Positions 9,497 to 18,587 of a stretch of DNA of 64,000 nt are shown piece by piece. Made by a program: the position numbers and the translations under genes. Origin of the DNA: an uncultured bacterium (GTDB taxonomy: Bacteria; Chloroflexota; UBA5177; JANWHV01); the NCBI GenBank assembly GCA_963827235.1, contig CAWHAE010000018.1:256001-320000 (forward strand), in the 5' to 3' direction. The notes beneath the pieces are model-generated. The model saw nothing but the letters and a program-made list of their open reading frames with translations. It did no database searches and was not told the DNA's origin. Position 1 is the first letter of the stretch. Each line of letters begins with the position of its first letter.

Positions 9497-10516
9497 CTAG
9501 CGACGCTCGTGCAAGAAGCATCGCACCTCCGATCCCTCCACCGGATAGAGCGGCGGCGGACTGTGCCAGCAGCGCTCGCTCGCGTGGGGGCAGCGCGGAG
9601 CAAAGGCACAGTATTCCCCCGGCTTTGCCGTGGCCGCGGCGTGGTGCGTGCCCTCCTGCACGGCAGGCGGCCGGATGAGCATCGCCTCCTCGGGCGTGAT
9701 CACGGGTACGGCGGAGATCAGAAGCTGGGTGTAGGGATGCTGCGGTGCCGCGAACACGCGCGCCGTGTCCCCGCTTTCCTGAACCTTCCCTTCGTAGAGC
9801 ACCAGGACCCGGCCGGCGATGGTGCGTACCAGGCTGATGTCGTGGGTGATGAACATGTAGGATAATCCTAGCCGCCGCTGCAGCTCGAGCAGTAGGTCAA
9901 TCACCTTCGCCTGTACCGAAACGTCGAGCGCCGACGTCGGCTCGTCGAGGATCAGCATCTCGGGACCGGCTGCAAGGGCCCGCGCGATGGCAACGCGCTG
10001 GCGCTGGCCACCGCTCAGACCGCCCGGGTGACGGGCGGCGAATTCCGGCGGTAGCTCGACCAGACCAAGCAGCCGCTCGATCTCGCGTCGCGCAACAGCG
10101 CCGCGCATGCCGCGGTGGATATGCAGGGGCAGCGCTAAGGCCTGTCCGACCGTCCGCCGCGGGTTTAGAGCCGAGGCAGGGTGCTGGAAGACCATCTGCA
10201 CGCGCCGCTTTTGATCGCGCGATCGCTGCCCGGACTCAGGCGGAAGAGCCTCGCCATCCAGCAGGATGGTGCCCGTGGTCGGACGGTAGAGGCCGACGAT
10301 GCTGCGAGCGATCGTTGACTTGCCCGATCCCGACTCGCCGACCACGCCCAGGATCTCGCCGCGGCGTACCACGAGCGAGACGCCGTCCACGGCCCGCTTG
10401 AGCTCCCGGCTTCCTCTCGTCTTGAAGTGCTGGCGCAGATCCTGCACCGACAGGATTGGTCCTTCCGGATCGCCGCGGCCGTCCGCGGTCGCGCGCGTCT
10501 GTGCGTCAGCGGCCAT
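9497..10516 (-). CDS. Oligo/dipeptide-type ABC ATPase (DppF/OppF-like)
   Basis: GESGSGKST, LSGGQRQR, DEPTSALD, C-terminal HPYT and C-x5-RC...C motif. Confidence 0.93.
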   Translation of the reverse strand: MAADAQTRATADGRGDPEGPILSVQDLRQHFKTRGSRELKRAVDGVSLVVRRGEILGVVGESGSGKSTIARSIVGLYRPTTGTILLDGEALPPESGQRSRDQKRRVQMVFQHPASALNPRRTVGQALALPLHIHRGMRGAVARREIERLLGLVELPPEFAARHPGGLSGGQRQRVAIARALAAGPEMLILDEPTSALDVSVQAKVIDLLLELQRRLGLSYMFITHDISLVRTIAGRVLVLYEGKVQESGDTARVFAAPQHPYTQLLISAVPVITPEEAMLIRPPAVQEGTHHAAATAKPGEYCAFAPRCPHASERCWHSPPPLYPVEGSEVRCFLHERR

Positions 10517-11540
10517 CGTACAACCAGCAGGCTACGCGATGGTCGTCCGCCCCGGCTGCAAACGACAGCGGGCGCTGTTCGGCGCAAATGGGCATGGCAT
10601 GCGGGCAGCGCGGATGGTAGCGGCAACCGCTTGGCGCCTCCGTATAGTTCGGCAGCGTGCCGGGGATACCCTTCGCGATCATCTGTCCCGTCAGTCGCGG
10701 CACGCATTCAAGCAGGGCGATCGTGTAGGGGTGGCGCGGGTTCGCAAACAGCTCGGCAGTTGCCGCTTCCTCCACCACGATCCCGGCATACATCACCGCC
10801 ACGCGGTCGGTCACCGTGCGCACGACGCCCATGCTATGCGTGATCAGCAGGGCGGAGCGGCCCTCCTCGCGTACCAGCCGTGTGAACAGTGAGAGAATCT
10901 CGGCCTGCACGGTGACGTCCAGCGCCGTGGTCGGCTCGTCCGCCACGATCAGCCAGGGATCGGTCGAGAGGGCCAGGGCAATGGAGACGCGCTGATTCAT
11001 GCCTCCCGAAAGCTGGAAGGGATAGGCACGCAACACGCGGCCCGGATCGTCGAGCTGCACGTGGCGCAGCAGGGCCTCCGCCCGCTCGTCAAGCTGGCTG
11101 CGCGAGAGGCGCTCGCCCCGCCGGCGACCGGCCTGGCGCAGTATCTCCCGCATCTGATTGCCGATCGTGAAGACCGGGTTGAGCGATCCGACCGGGTCCT
11201 GAAAGACCATGTTGAAGTGAGCCAGGATGACCGCGCGGCGATCGCGCCGCGACATGGTCCGCAGGTCAGCGCCGTCGAACTCGACCAGTCCCTCGATCTG
11301 CGCCGGCGGGCTGGCCAACAGGTCGAGCACCGCGCGCATGAGGACGGATTTGCCGCATCCGGTCTCGCCCACCACGCCGATCAGCTCGCTGGCGGCGATC
11401 TGCAGGTTGGCACGATCGATCACGCGCGCCCGGCCCTCGAAACTGCGGAAGGTCACGGACAGATCGACCAGGCGCAGGCTATGCGGCGTGTGCTTTGGCG
11501 ACGCGAAGGCGCCGGTACCGGGCTCCACTGAGTTACGCAT
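10506..11540 (-). CDS. Oligo/dipeptide-type ABC ATPase (DppD/OppD-like)
   Basis: GETGCGKS, LSGGMNQR, DEPTTALDV, GCRYHPRC. Confidence 0.93.
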   Translation of the reverse strand: MRNSVEPGTGAFASPKHTPHSLRLVDLSVTFRSFEGRARVIDRANLQIAASELIGVVGETGCGKSVLMRAVLDLLASPPAQIEGLVEFDGADLRTMSRRDRRAVILAHFNMVFQDPVGSLNPVFTIGNQMREILRQAGRRRGERLSRSQLDERAEALLRHVQLDDPGRVLRAYPFQLSGGMNQRVSIALALSTDPWLIVADEPTTALDVTVQAEILSLFTRLVREEGRSALLITHSMGVVRTVTDRVAVMYAGIVVEEAATAELFANPRHPYTIALLECVPRLTGQMIAKGIPGTLPNYTEAPSGCRYHPRCPHAMPICAEQRPLSFAAGADDHRVACWLYDGR

Positions 11541-11542
11541 GC

Positions 11543-12448
11543 TCAGACATCCACATCGAACAGATCTCGCAGCCCGTCGCCCAACAGATTGAAGCCGAGC
11601 ACCGCTACCACGATCGCCAGGCCGGGGAACACAGTCTCCCACCAGCCGCTGGGAAGGTCGCCGACTCCTGCCGACACCATGGTGCCAAGGTCCGCCTGCG
11701 GCGGCTGCACGCCCAGTCCCAGGAAGCTCAGCGCGGCGCCGATCAAGATCACGAAGCCGGCATCCAGCGTGACCTTGACCAGCACCGCGGAGGCCGCGTT
11801 GGGCAGAATCTCGCGGAACATGATGTGGATCGAGCCGGCCCCCATCAGGCGCGCCGCGTCTACGTAGTCCTCCTGCTTCAGCGACACGGTGATGCCGTGC
11901 ACCAGCCGGGCATGCCAGGTCCACCAGAGGGAGGTGACGGCGATCATCGCGTTAAACAGGTTAGGAGTGAGCACCGACGTGATGGCCATGGCCATGACCA
12001 GCGGCGGCACGGAGAGAAAGACGTCGGTCAGCCGCATCAGGACAGTCTCGATCCAGCCGCCGTAATAGCCGGCTACCAGGCCGATGATCACGCCCATGGG
12101 GACGCCGATGGCAAGCACGAAGAGCACCAGCACGAGCGAGGTCTGGTAGCCGAACAGAACCCGGCTGAAGAGGTCGCGGCCCGCGTTGTCGGTGCCGAAC
12201 ACGTGCTGCCACGTGGGTGGCTGCAGCATGTGCGTAAAGTCCACGAAGCTGCCCGCGGCGCTCGGGTACGGAGCGACCAGCGGAGCGAGCAGCGCGACCA
12301 GGATGACCGCCACGGTGAGGATGAGCCCGACCACCGCGGTGGAGTTGCGCGCGAATCTGTACCAGCCCCGCCGCCAGCTTTGCCTGCGCAGAGTGCCCAG
12401 GCTGGTCTGCGGCCCGCCCTCGGAGGTTGCGGACGCCGGCACTTCCAC
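11543..12448 (-). CDS. ABC permease (DppC/OppC-like)
   Basis: HVFGTDNAGRDLFSR, YVDAARLMGA (EAA loop), LSFLGLG, FNLLGDGLRD. Confidence 0.95.
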   Translation of the reverse strand: MEVPASATSEGGPQTSLGTLRRQSWRRGWYRFARNSTAVVGLILTVAVILVALLAPLVAPYPSAAGSFVDFTHMLQPPTWQHVFGTDNAGRDLFSRVLFGYQTSLVLVLFVLAIGVPMGVIIGLVAGYYGGWIETVLMRLTDVFLSVPPLVMAMAITSVLTPNLFNAMIAVTSLWWTWHARLVHGITVSLKQEDYVDAARLMGAGSIHIMFREILPNAASAVLVKVTLDAGFVILIGAALSFLGLGVQPPQADLGTMVSAGVGDLPSGWWETVFPGLAIVVAVLGFNLLGDGLRDLFDVDV

Positions 12449-12449
12449 G

Positions 12450-13472
12450 CTACACCGTCCCCTTCAGCCTGATGCGCGGGTCGAGGTAGCCACGCAGCAA
12501 GTCCATTGCCAGATTGGAGATCGAGAACATGACGCCGACGATCAGCACCACGCCCACGATCGCGTTGAGGTCCTTTTCCAGCATGGCGCGCACGCCGTAG
12601 CTGGCCATGCCCGGCCAGCCGAACACCTGCTCGATCAGGAAAGCCTCGCCGAATAGAGAGGCGAAGGTCAGACCGACCACCGTCAGGGCCGGGATCAGCG
12701 CGGGCTTGAGCGCGTACTTGAAGGCGATCCGGGCCCGCGGCACACCGCGCAATCCCATCGCCTGCACGTACTCGCGTCGCAGGATCTCCACCATGCTGGC
12801 GCGTACCAGCCGCACGACCTGCGAGAGTCCCGCTGCCGCAAGGGCAATGGAGGGCAGTATGAGATGCACGAGCGCGCTGCCGAACACCTGGAAATTGCCT
12901 ACCAGCAGCGAGTCGAGTGCCACCATGCCCGTAATCGTGTGGTGGAACTCCAGATTGGGACTGAGCTGGCCGCTCACCGGTAGCACCCCGAGCGCGTAGC
13001 CGAATACGAGCTGCAGGCAAATGCCCACCAGAAAATCCGGGGTGGCAACGCCGAACAGGGCCAGCAGGCGGGCTATCGCGTCGATCGGTCCATCGCGATT
13101 GAGGGCCGCGAGCACGCCGAGCGGAAGCCCCACCACGACCACGAGCAAAGTACTGGCCAATACCAGCTCCAGCGTGGCCGGGAACGTATCGCGAAGGTCG
13201 TCGAACACGTTGCGCCGCGTGAGAATGGCCGTGCCGAAGTCGCCGTGCACGGCGCCGCCCAAGTAACGTGCGTATTGCACCCAGACGGGCCTGTCGAGAC
13301 CGAAGTCATGATCCAGCGACTTGACCTGTGACAGCGTGGCGTTGGGACCCAGGGCGAGACGCCCTGGGTCCCCTGGCACCACACGGGCGAGGACGAACAT
13401 CAGTACCGACAGCCCCAGCAGCACGAGCACCGCCTGGGCGGTCCGGCGACCGAAAAAGGACAGCAGTTCCAC
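12450..13472 (-). CDS. ABC permease (DppB/OppB-like)
   Basis: PGDPG, GLDRPVWVQY, FPATLEL, EQVFGWPGM, YLDPRI. Confidence 0.95.
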   Translation of the reverse strand: MELLSFFGRRTAQAVLVLLGLSVLMFVLARVVPGDPGRLALGPNATLSQVKSLDHDFGLDRPVWVQYARYLGGAVHGDFGTAILTRRNVFDDLRDTFPATLELVLASTLLVVVVGLPLGVLAALNRDGPIDAIARLLALFGVATPDFLVGICLQLVFGYALGVLPVSGQLSPNLEFHHTITGMVALDSLLVGNFQVFGSALVHLILPSIALAAAGLSQVVRLVRASMVEILRREYVQAMGLRGVPRARIAFKYALKPALIPALTVVGLTFASLFGEAFLIEQVFGWPGMASYGVRAMLEKDLNAIVGVVLIVGVMFSISNLAMDLLRGYLDPRIRLKGTV

Positions 13473-13502
13473 CCGCTTGCCTGATTCAGACCACCGCTAC
13501 CC

Positions 13503-15158
13503 CTACGACTTCTTCAGATCGTAGAACTGGTACTGGCCCGCCGGGATCCATTGGAAGCCGGTCACGCTTGGTCGCACCGCCTGTCTCCAGAGGTCCGCGA
13601 GCATGAACACGTCGGGCTGCAGCGCCACGATGCGCGCCTGAAGCTGCTTGTAGATCGCATTCCGCTTGGCCGTGTCCACGGTCAGGCGCGACTGGTCGAT
13701 CAGCTTGTCGACCTGGGGGTCGTTGAGCCATTCCATGGACGACCAGCTACCGGACGACTTGGAGTCGTACTGCTGGAAGAACATGCTGTCCGGCGACGGA
13801 TAGAGCACGTCGTAGAACACTTCGGTTACGTTGGGCGTGTCGCTGATCTTCGTGGCAAGCTCGGTGATCCGGTTCCAGGGCTGCGGGCTGATGCTGACCT
13901 TGAAGCCCAGCGGGCTCATGATGCTGTTGAAGAGCAGGGCAATCTGCGACTCGAAGATGGCGCCGGTGACGTAGCTCAGGGTGATCGGAATGTCGCCCTT
14001 GCCGGCATACTTGCTCTTGGCAAGCTCCGCCTTCGCCGCGGCCAGATCCTGCTTCGGCACCGGCAGACCGGCGTCATAGGCATCCTTGAACACCGGCGAG
14101 AGCGGGCCGCCGATCGCCGCGCCCGGACGCAGGTCGTTGCGCGTCGTCGTATAGTCGAAGGCCAGGGCGATCGCCTTGCGCACGTGAATGTCGTCGGTAG
14201 GGGGGATGCGCGTGTTCAGCTTGAGGTAGAACACGCTCGTGGTGGGCGACGACCAGATGTTGAAGCCCAGGCTCTTGAGTGTCGTGTAGGTGGTGTTGCT
14301 CTGGTAGTTGCTGGTCATGTCCAGCACACCGGTCTTGGCCAGAGAGATCACGGTGGGATCCGAGGCTGCCGAGAAAACCAGCACGCGCACCTCGTCGATT
14401 GCTCCGGCCTGCCAGCCGCGGAAGTAGCTGGGGAAGCGCTTCATGCGGAGCTCACTGCCCTCGACGTCGCTTTCCAGCGTGTACGGACCGGAACCGGCCT
14501 CGTTGGAACCGAGCCACGCCTGGCCATAATCACCATCGGCGCCGAACTTGCCGGACTTCTGGTGCGCCTTCAGCGTGGCCTTTTCCATGATGAACAGAAC
14601 CGCCATGGTAGACGGGAACGGCGCGAAGGGCGTGTGCAGCGAAAACTGCACCGTATAGCGATCCAACGCCTTCACCCCATCGGCGGTCAGATAGCCCAGC
14701 CAGACGAAAGAGTAGCCCTGGTTGATGGCAAGGATTCGCTGCGTCGTGTAGACGACGTCGTCGGCCGTCACCTCGTTGCCGCTGTGGAACTTGACACCCT
14801 TCTTGAGGTAGAAGGTGAAGGTCTTGGCATCCGGCGAGGCGGTCCACCGCTCTGCCAAACGGCCCGTCATCGCTCCGCTGGCGGTAGGAGTCAAGAGGGT
14901 ATCGTAAAAGTTGATAGAGGCCATGTTCTGGGTATAGTCGGTGCCGATCGCCGGATCGATGTTGCCGAACACCTGCACGGTATTCAGGGTCAGGGTATTG
15001 GAGCCGGCTTCCACGCGTTCTGCGTGGACGTCGAGTGCGGTGGACAGTTGGGCGAGCGTGGTAGCGCCGATGCCTAGGGCGGCAGCACGTGCCACGAAGT
15101 CGCGACGCGACAGATCACCGGCTACCACAGACGCGAGGAGTTGATCCAGCTTGCTCAC
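13503..15158 (-). CDS. Family 5 ABC solute-binding protein with Tat-like leader
   Basis: LSRRDFVARAAALG leader; LAERW...FYLKKGVKFHSGNEVTADDV; GSGPY; VRKAIALAFD; AGGAGG RBS before GTG. Confidence 0.93.
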   Translation of the reverse strand: MSKLDQLLASVVAGDLSRRDFVARAAALGIGATTLAQLSTALDVHAERVEAGSNTLTLNTVQVFGNIDPAIGTDYTQNMASINFYDTLLTPTASGAMTGRLAERWTASPDAKTFTFYLKKGVKFHSGNEVTADDVVYTTQRILAINQGYSFVWLGYLTADGVKALDRYTVQFSLHTPFAPFPSTMAVLFIMEKATLKAHQKSGKFGADGDYGQAWLGSNEAGSGPYTLESDVEGSELRMKRFPSYFRGWQAGAIDEVRVLVFSAASDPTVISLAKTGVLDMTSNYQSNTTYTTLKSLGFNIWSSPTTSVFYLKLNTRIPPTDDIHVRKAIALAFDYTTTRNDLRPGAAIGGPLSPVFKDAYDAGLPVPKQDLAAAKAELAKSKYAGKGDIPITLSYVTGAIFESQIALLFNSIMSPLGFKVSISPQPWNRITELATKISDTPNVTEVFYDVLYPSPDSMFFQQYDSKSSGSWSSMEWLNDPQVDKLIDQSRLTVDTAKRNAIYKQLQARIVALQPDVFMLADLWRQAVRPSVTGFQWIPAGQYQFYDLKKS

Positions 15159-15244
15159 GATCGAAGCCCTCCTACAACTGGTAGTAGCACTACTCGACGC
15201 TGAGCAGCCGCATACACCTGCAACGCCGAACAGATACGGCGAGG

Positions 15245-15258
15245 AATCATATATGATT
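15245..15258. promoter_or_regulatory. Perfect palindrome, probable GntR-family operator 1
   Basis: AATCATATATGATT, downstream of a minus-strand TTGACA (15289-15294)-18 nt-TACGGT. Confidence 0.75.
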
Positions 15259-15360
15259 GCATGTACCGTAAGCGATGGCTGCAATGTCTGTCAAGCGCCG
15301 GCTCGCGGCCCCTATACGAAACCGCAACGGAACGGATGATGCCATAGCGCCATCGGTGAC

Positions 15361-15374
15361 AATCGTATATGATG
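15361..15374. promoter_or_regulatory. Probable GntR-family operator 2
   Basis: AATCGTATATGATG, 12/14 identical to operator 1, upstream of the GntR fusion gene. Confidence 0.7.
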
Positions 15375-15456
15375 TGGCGGTGAACGGCAGCATGCGACAC
15401 AAGGTATGGTCAAACGCGCCGTTGCGTTATGCGGAGCCTGCTGGATTGGGGAGTCT

Positions 15457-17244
15457 GTGATCAACGACGGTGATCACCAGAGCAAGCACGAGCGAGCCTA
15501 CCAGCTCATTCGCTCGCGCATTCTGGATGGCAGTTATGCGCCCGGCGAGCGTCTCGTCATCGACGCGCTGGCTGGCGAATTCGGTATCAGCCCGGTCCCG
15601 GTGCGCGAAGCGATTCGCCGCCTCGAAGCGGAGGGTCGGATCGTCTATAGATACAACTCCGGCGCCCGGGTCGCCCTGACCGACGCCCGCCGGCATCTGC
15701 GTATCGGCATTGACGCCGGGCGCACGAGTACGGACGCCGTGTTGATGGACGGCTCGTCCGTGCTTGCCGCGGTCAAGCACCCGACCACCACCGACGTGAG
15801 CGGCGGTATCGAGGCCGCACTCGACGCGCTTTTGAGGGAGGCGCGGGCCGCCCCGGGCAGTGTTGACGCCGTGCTGATCGGCACCACACAGTTTTCCCGC
15901 GCCTTTGAGGAGCGACGGTTCGCACCTACCGCCTGTATCCGCCTGGGACTGCCGGCGACCGAAGCTGTCCCGCCCATGATCGACTGGCCGGACGAGCTCC
16001 GCCGGGCGACGGGCTGCCACTGCTACCTTGCTCACGGAGGTCACGCCTACGATGGGCGCGTGGTGGCTGCCTTGCGCGAAGACGAGCTCCAGGCCATCGC
16101 CGTCGATCTGCGGCGCCGGGAGGTCAAGTCCGTTGCCATCTCCTCCGTGTTCTCGCCCGTGGCCTTCGGTGCCGAGCAGCAGGCGGCCACGCTGCTCCAG
16201 GCCATGCTTCCCGGCGTCGCCGTGACGATGTCGCACCAGATCGGTAGCCTCGGCTTGCTGGAGCGGGAAAATGCCGCGATCATCAATGCCTGCCTTCGCC
16301 CCCACTCTCAGCTCGTCATCGAGGCCCTTCAGCGAATGCTGCGAGCAGCCGGTTTCGCCGCCCCCCTGTATCTGACTCAGAACGACGGCACGCTCATGAC
16401 CGCGGACTACGCACAGCGGTTCCCCGTGCTGACCTTCTCCTCTGGCCAGTCCAACAGCATGCGCGGAGCCGGTTTCCTCGCCGGGCGGCGCGATGGCCTG
16501 GTGGTCGACGTCGGCGGGATGACCACGGTGATCGGTATGTTGGTCGACGGATACCCGCGCGTGGCGGCAACGCCCGGGCTCATGGAAGGCGTGCGCACCA
16601 ACTTCCGCAGGCCGGACGCGCAAACCATGGCCATGGGCGGCGGCAGCGTGATCGAAGGCAACCCGCCGGCTATCGGCCCTACCGCGCTTGGCCCGGCGCT
16701 CTTCAAGGATGCGCTGGTCTTCGGTGGCTCCACGCTCACCCTCACCGACCTGGCCGTAGCGGCCGGCCAGACCAGCCTCGGCGATCCGGCGAAGGTCTCA
16801 CACCTGCGCTCCCTGGCAGAGCCAGTGCTCGAGCGCTTCGGCGAGACGTTGCGTCGAGCAGTGCAACGCGCCGGCGCACAGGAAGGGGACGGCCCCGTGA
16901 TCCTGGTCGGCGGAAGCGCCTGGCTGGCCCAGTCCGCGCTGGCCGGCCTGGAGACCACAGTGCCGGAGTACTACGCGGTGGCCAACGCGGTGGGCGCGGC
17001 GACTGCCCCGATTTCCGGTGAGGTGGACCGCGTGGTATCCCTGGCCGGCGTCTCTCGCCAGGACGTGCTGTCGGGAGCCGTCTCCGAGGCGGTGGGCCGG
17101 GCCGTGTCCGCCGGCGCCGCGCCCGATACGGTTCGTGTCACCTGGGCGGAGGACATTCCGCTCGCCTACTTGCCCGGCAGCGTCACCCGTGTGCGGGTCA
17201 AGGCGACGGGATCTCTGGCAATTGGAGTACCTCTTGGCCGCTAG
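15457..17244 (+). CDS. GntR wHTH fused to a full hydantoinase/oxoprolinase A-like domain
   Basis: AYQLIRSRILDGSYAPGERL...LAGEFGISPVPVREAIRRLEAEG then, in the same frame, IGIDAGRTSTDAV...ERENAAIINA...QNDGTL...VANAVGAA. Confidence 0.92.
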   Translation: MINDGDHQSKHERAYQLIRSRILDGSYAPGERLVIDALAGEFGISPVPVREAIRRLEAEGRIVYRYNSGARVALTDARRHLRIGIDAGRTSTDAVLMDGSSVLAAVKHPTTTDVSGGIEAALDALLREARAAPGSVDAVLIGTTQFSRAFEERRFAPTACIRLGLPATEAVPPMIDWPDELRRATGCHCYLAHGGHAYDGRVVAALREDELQAIAVDLRRREVKSVAISSVFSPVAFGAEQQAATLLQAMLPGVAVTMSHQIGSLGLLERENAAIINACLRPHSQLVIEALQRMLRAAGFAAPLYLTQNDGTLMTADYAQRFPVLTFSSGQSNSMRGAGFLAGRRDGLVVDVGGMTTVIGMLVDGYPRVAATPGLMEGVRTNFRRPDAQTMAMGGGSVIEGNPPAIGPTALGPALFKDALVFGGSTLTLTDLAVAAGQTSLGDPAKVSHLRSLAEPVLERFGETLRRAVQRAGAQEGDGPVILVGGSAWLAQSALAGLETTVPEYYAVANAVGAATAPISGEVDRVVSLAGVSRQDVLSGAVSEAVGRAVSAGAAPDTVRVTWAEDIPLAYLPGSVTRVRVKATGSLAIGVPLGR

Positions 17245-18334
17245 GCCGGCGTTGCAGGAACGCCGCCGGCTCGATGCCGAGGACGTGGAGCTGATCGCGC
17301 AAGGCGCCGGCGTGCTCGGCTCCGGCGGCGGCGGGCACCCGTATCTCGGGAAGCTTCTGGTACAGAGTGCCCTGCAGCGGGACAGGCAGATCTCGCTGAT
17401 CCCAGTCGAAGAGGCCCCGCCGGGGTTGCTGCTGTGCGTGGCACAGGTCGGGGCACCGGTCGTGCTGGCCGAACGGCTGGCACAGGGTGCCGAAGCCCTG
17501 CAAGTCTGCGCGACGCTGGAAAGCCATCTGGGCGAACCGGCGGTGGGTGTGGTCTGCAACGAAATCGGCGGCATCAACAGCCTGATCCCGCTGTTGGTGA
17601 GCGCGTATCGCAACATACCGCTGCTGGACGCCGATGCCATGGGCCGCGCCTTTCCCGGGATGCATCAGGATACGCTCAGCATCTACGGCGGCACGCCGGT
17701 ACCGATCGCGCTGTGTGACGACGAAGGGAACGTGGCGATCGTTCACGCTGCCGACATGCGGGCAACCGAGCGGATGGGGCGCGCGCTTACCACGGCCATG
17801 GGAGGCCTGGCCTACCTGGCGAGACCGGTGCCGCGGGCCCGGGGGCTGGACCAGGTGCTGATCCCGGGCAGCTATAGCAGGGCGCACGAGATCGGCCGCG
17901 CTCTCAAACAGGCGACGCGGAGCGGCGATCCTCGCGCCATCGACCTCGAGTGCGTCGGTGGTCGCCGCCTGTTTGCCGGCACGATACACGCCGTCGAGCG
18001 CCGCGCGCCGGGAGAACGGATTGGCGGCATGGTGAGCATTGCCGGGCAAGGCGACGGGTATCGGGGCATGCTGCGCATCGGCTTCCAGACCGAGTACCTC
18101 GTGGCCTGGTACGGCAAGGATCTGCGCGCCGCCACGCCCGACGTGATCAGCGTGATCGACGAGGATACCGGCGAGCCAATCAGTACCGAGGCGCTGCAGG
18201 TCGGGCTGCGCGTGATCGTGCTCCACCTGGCCGCCGACCCGCGCCTGACGACACCGCAGGGCCTTGCCTGCGTGGGCCCGGCCGCGTTCGGCTACGGCGT
18301 CACGTACGGCTCGCCTGAATGGCACACGGACTGA
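17234..18334 (+). CDS. Divergent DUF917 family protein
   Basis: GSGGGGHP, GAPVVLAER, EIGGINS, DADAMGRAFPG, PDVI; GGAG plus TTG overlapping the fusion's stop. Confidence 0.88.
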   Translation: MAARPALQERRRLDAEDVELIAQGAGVLGSGGGGHPYLGKLLVQSALQRDRQISLIPVEEAPPGLLLCVAQVGAPVVLAERLAQGAEALQVCATLESHLGEPAVGVVCNEIGGINSLIPLLVSAYRNIPLLDADAMGRAFPGMHQDTLSIYGGTPVPIALCDDEGNVAIVHAADMRATERMGRALTTAMGGLAYLARPVPRARGLDQVLIPGSYSRAHEIGRALKQATRSGDPRAIDLECVGGRRLFAGTIHAVERRAPGERIGGMVSIAGQGDGYRGMLRIGFQTEYLVAWYGKDLRAATPDVISVIDEDTGEPISTEALQVGLRVIVLHLAADPRLTTPQGLACVGPAAFGYGVTYGSPEWHTD

Positions 18335-18370
18335 TAGACATCCTCTCGCACCCGCCCGCGGGTGGGCGGG

Positions 18371-18492
18371 CCTGAAGTCGGTGATCCAACGCTTCGGTAC
18401 GCCGATCCTGGGACCCCGGCCGTCTCGACCGCGGCCGGAGATGCCCGGCATGGCGTCCATCGCCGCGGGACAACAAGCCGCTGCGTCACAAT
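18371..18492 (+). repeat. ~122-bp dispersed intergenic repeat, copy A
   Basis: Hand alignment to 19886..20006, about 26 differences in 122 nt. Confidence 0.8.
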
Positions 18493-18587
18493 GCCTAGGT
18501 AGGCTCCCGCGCGCCGGCCGCCGACTGCTAACGATCTGCCAAGTATGCTGAAGTAGATCGAAGTGGATCGCAGGGAGGCAATGACCG

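Noticed and set aside
13551-15077. Long antisense ORFs (also 5602..6813, 17198..18688, 27866..29314, 46743..48383, 52262..53491)
   Set aside because: Stop-poor reverse frames of well-supported high-GC genes.
17018-17244. Possible frameshifted single GntR-HyuA-DUF917 polypeptide
   Set aside because: The HyuA domain ends where its paralogue does and the DUF917 has its own GGAG plus TTG, mirroring the 7858/7865 overlap; two genes is simpler.
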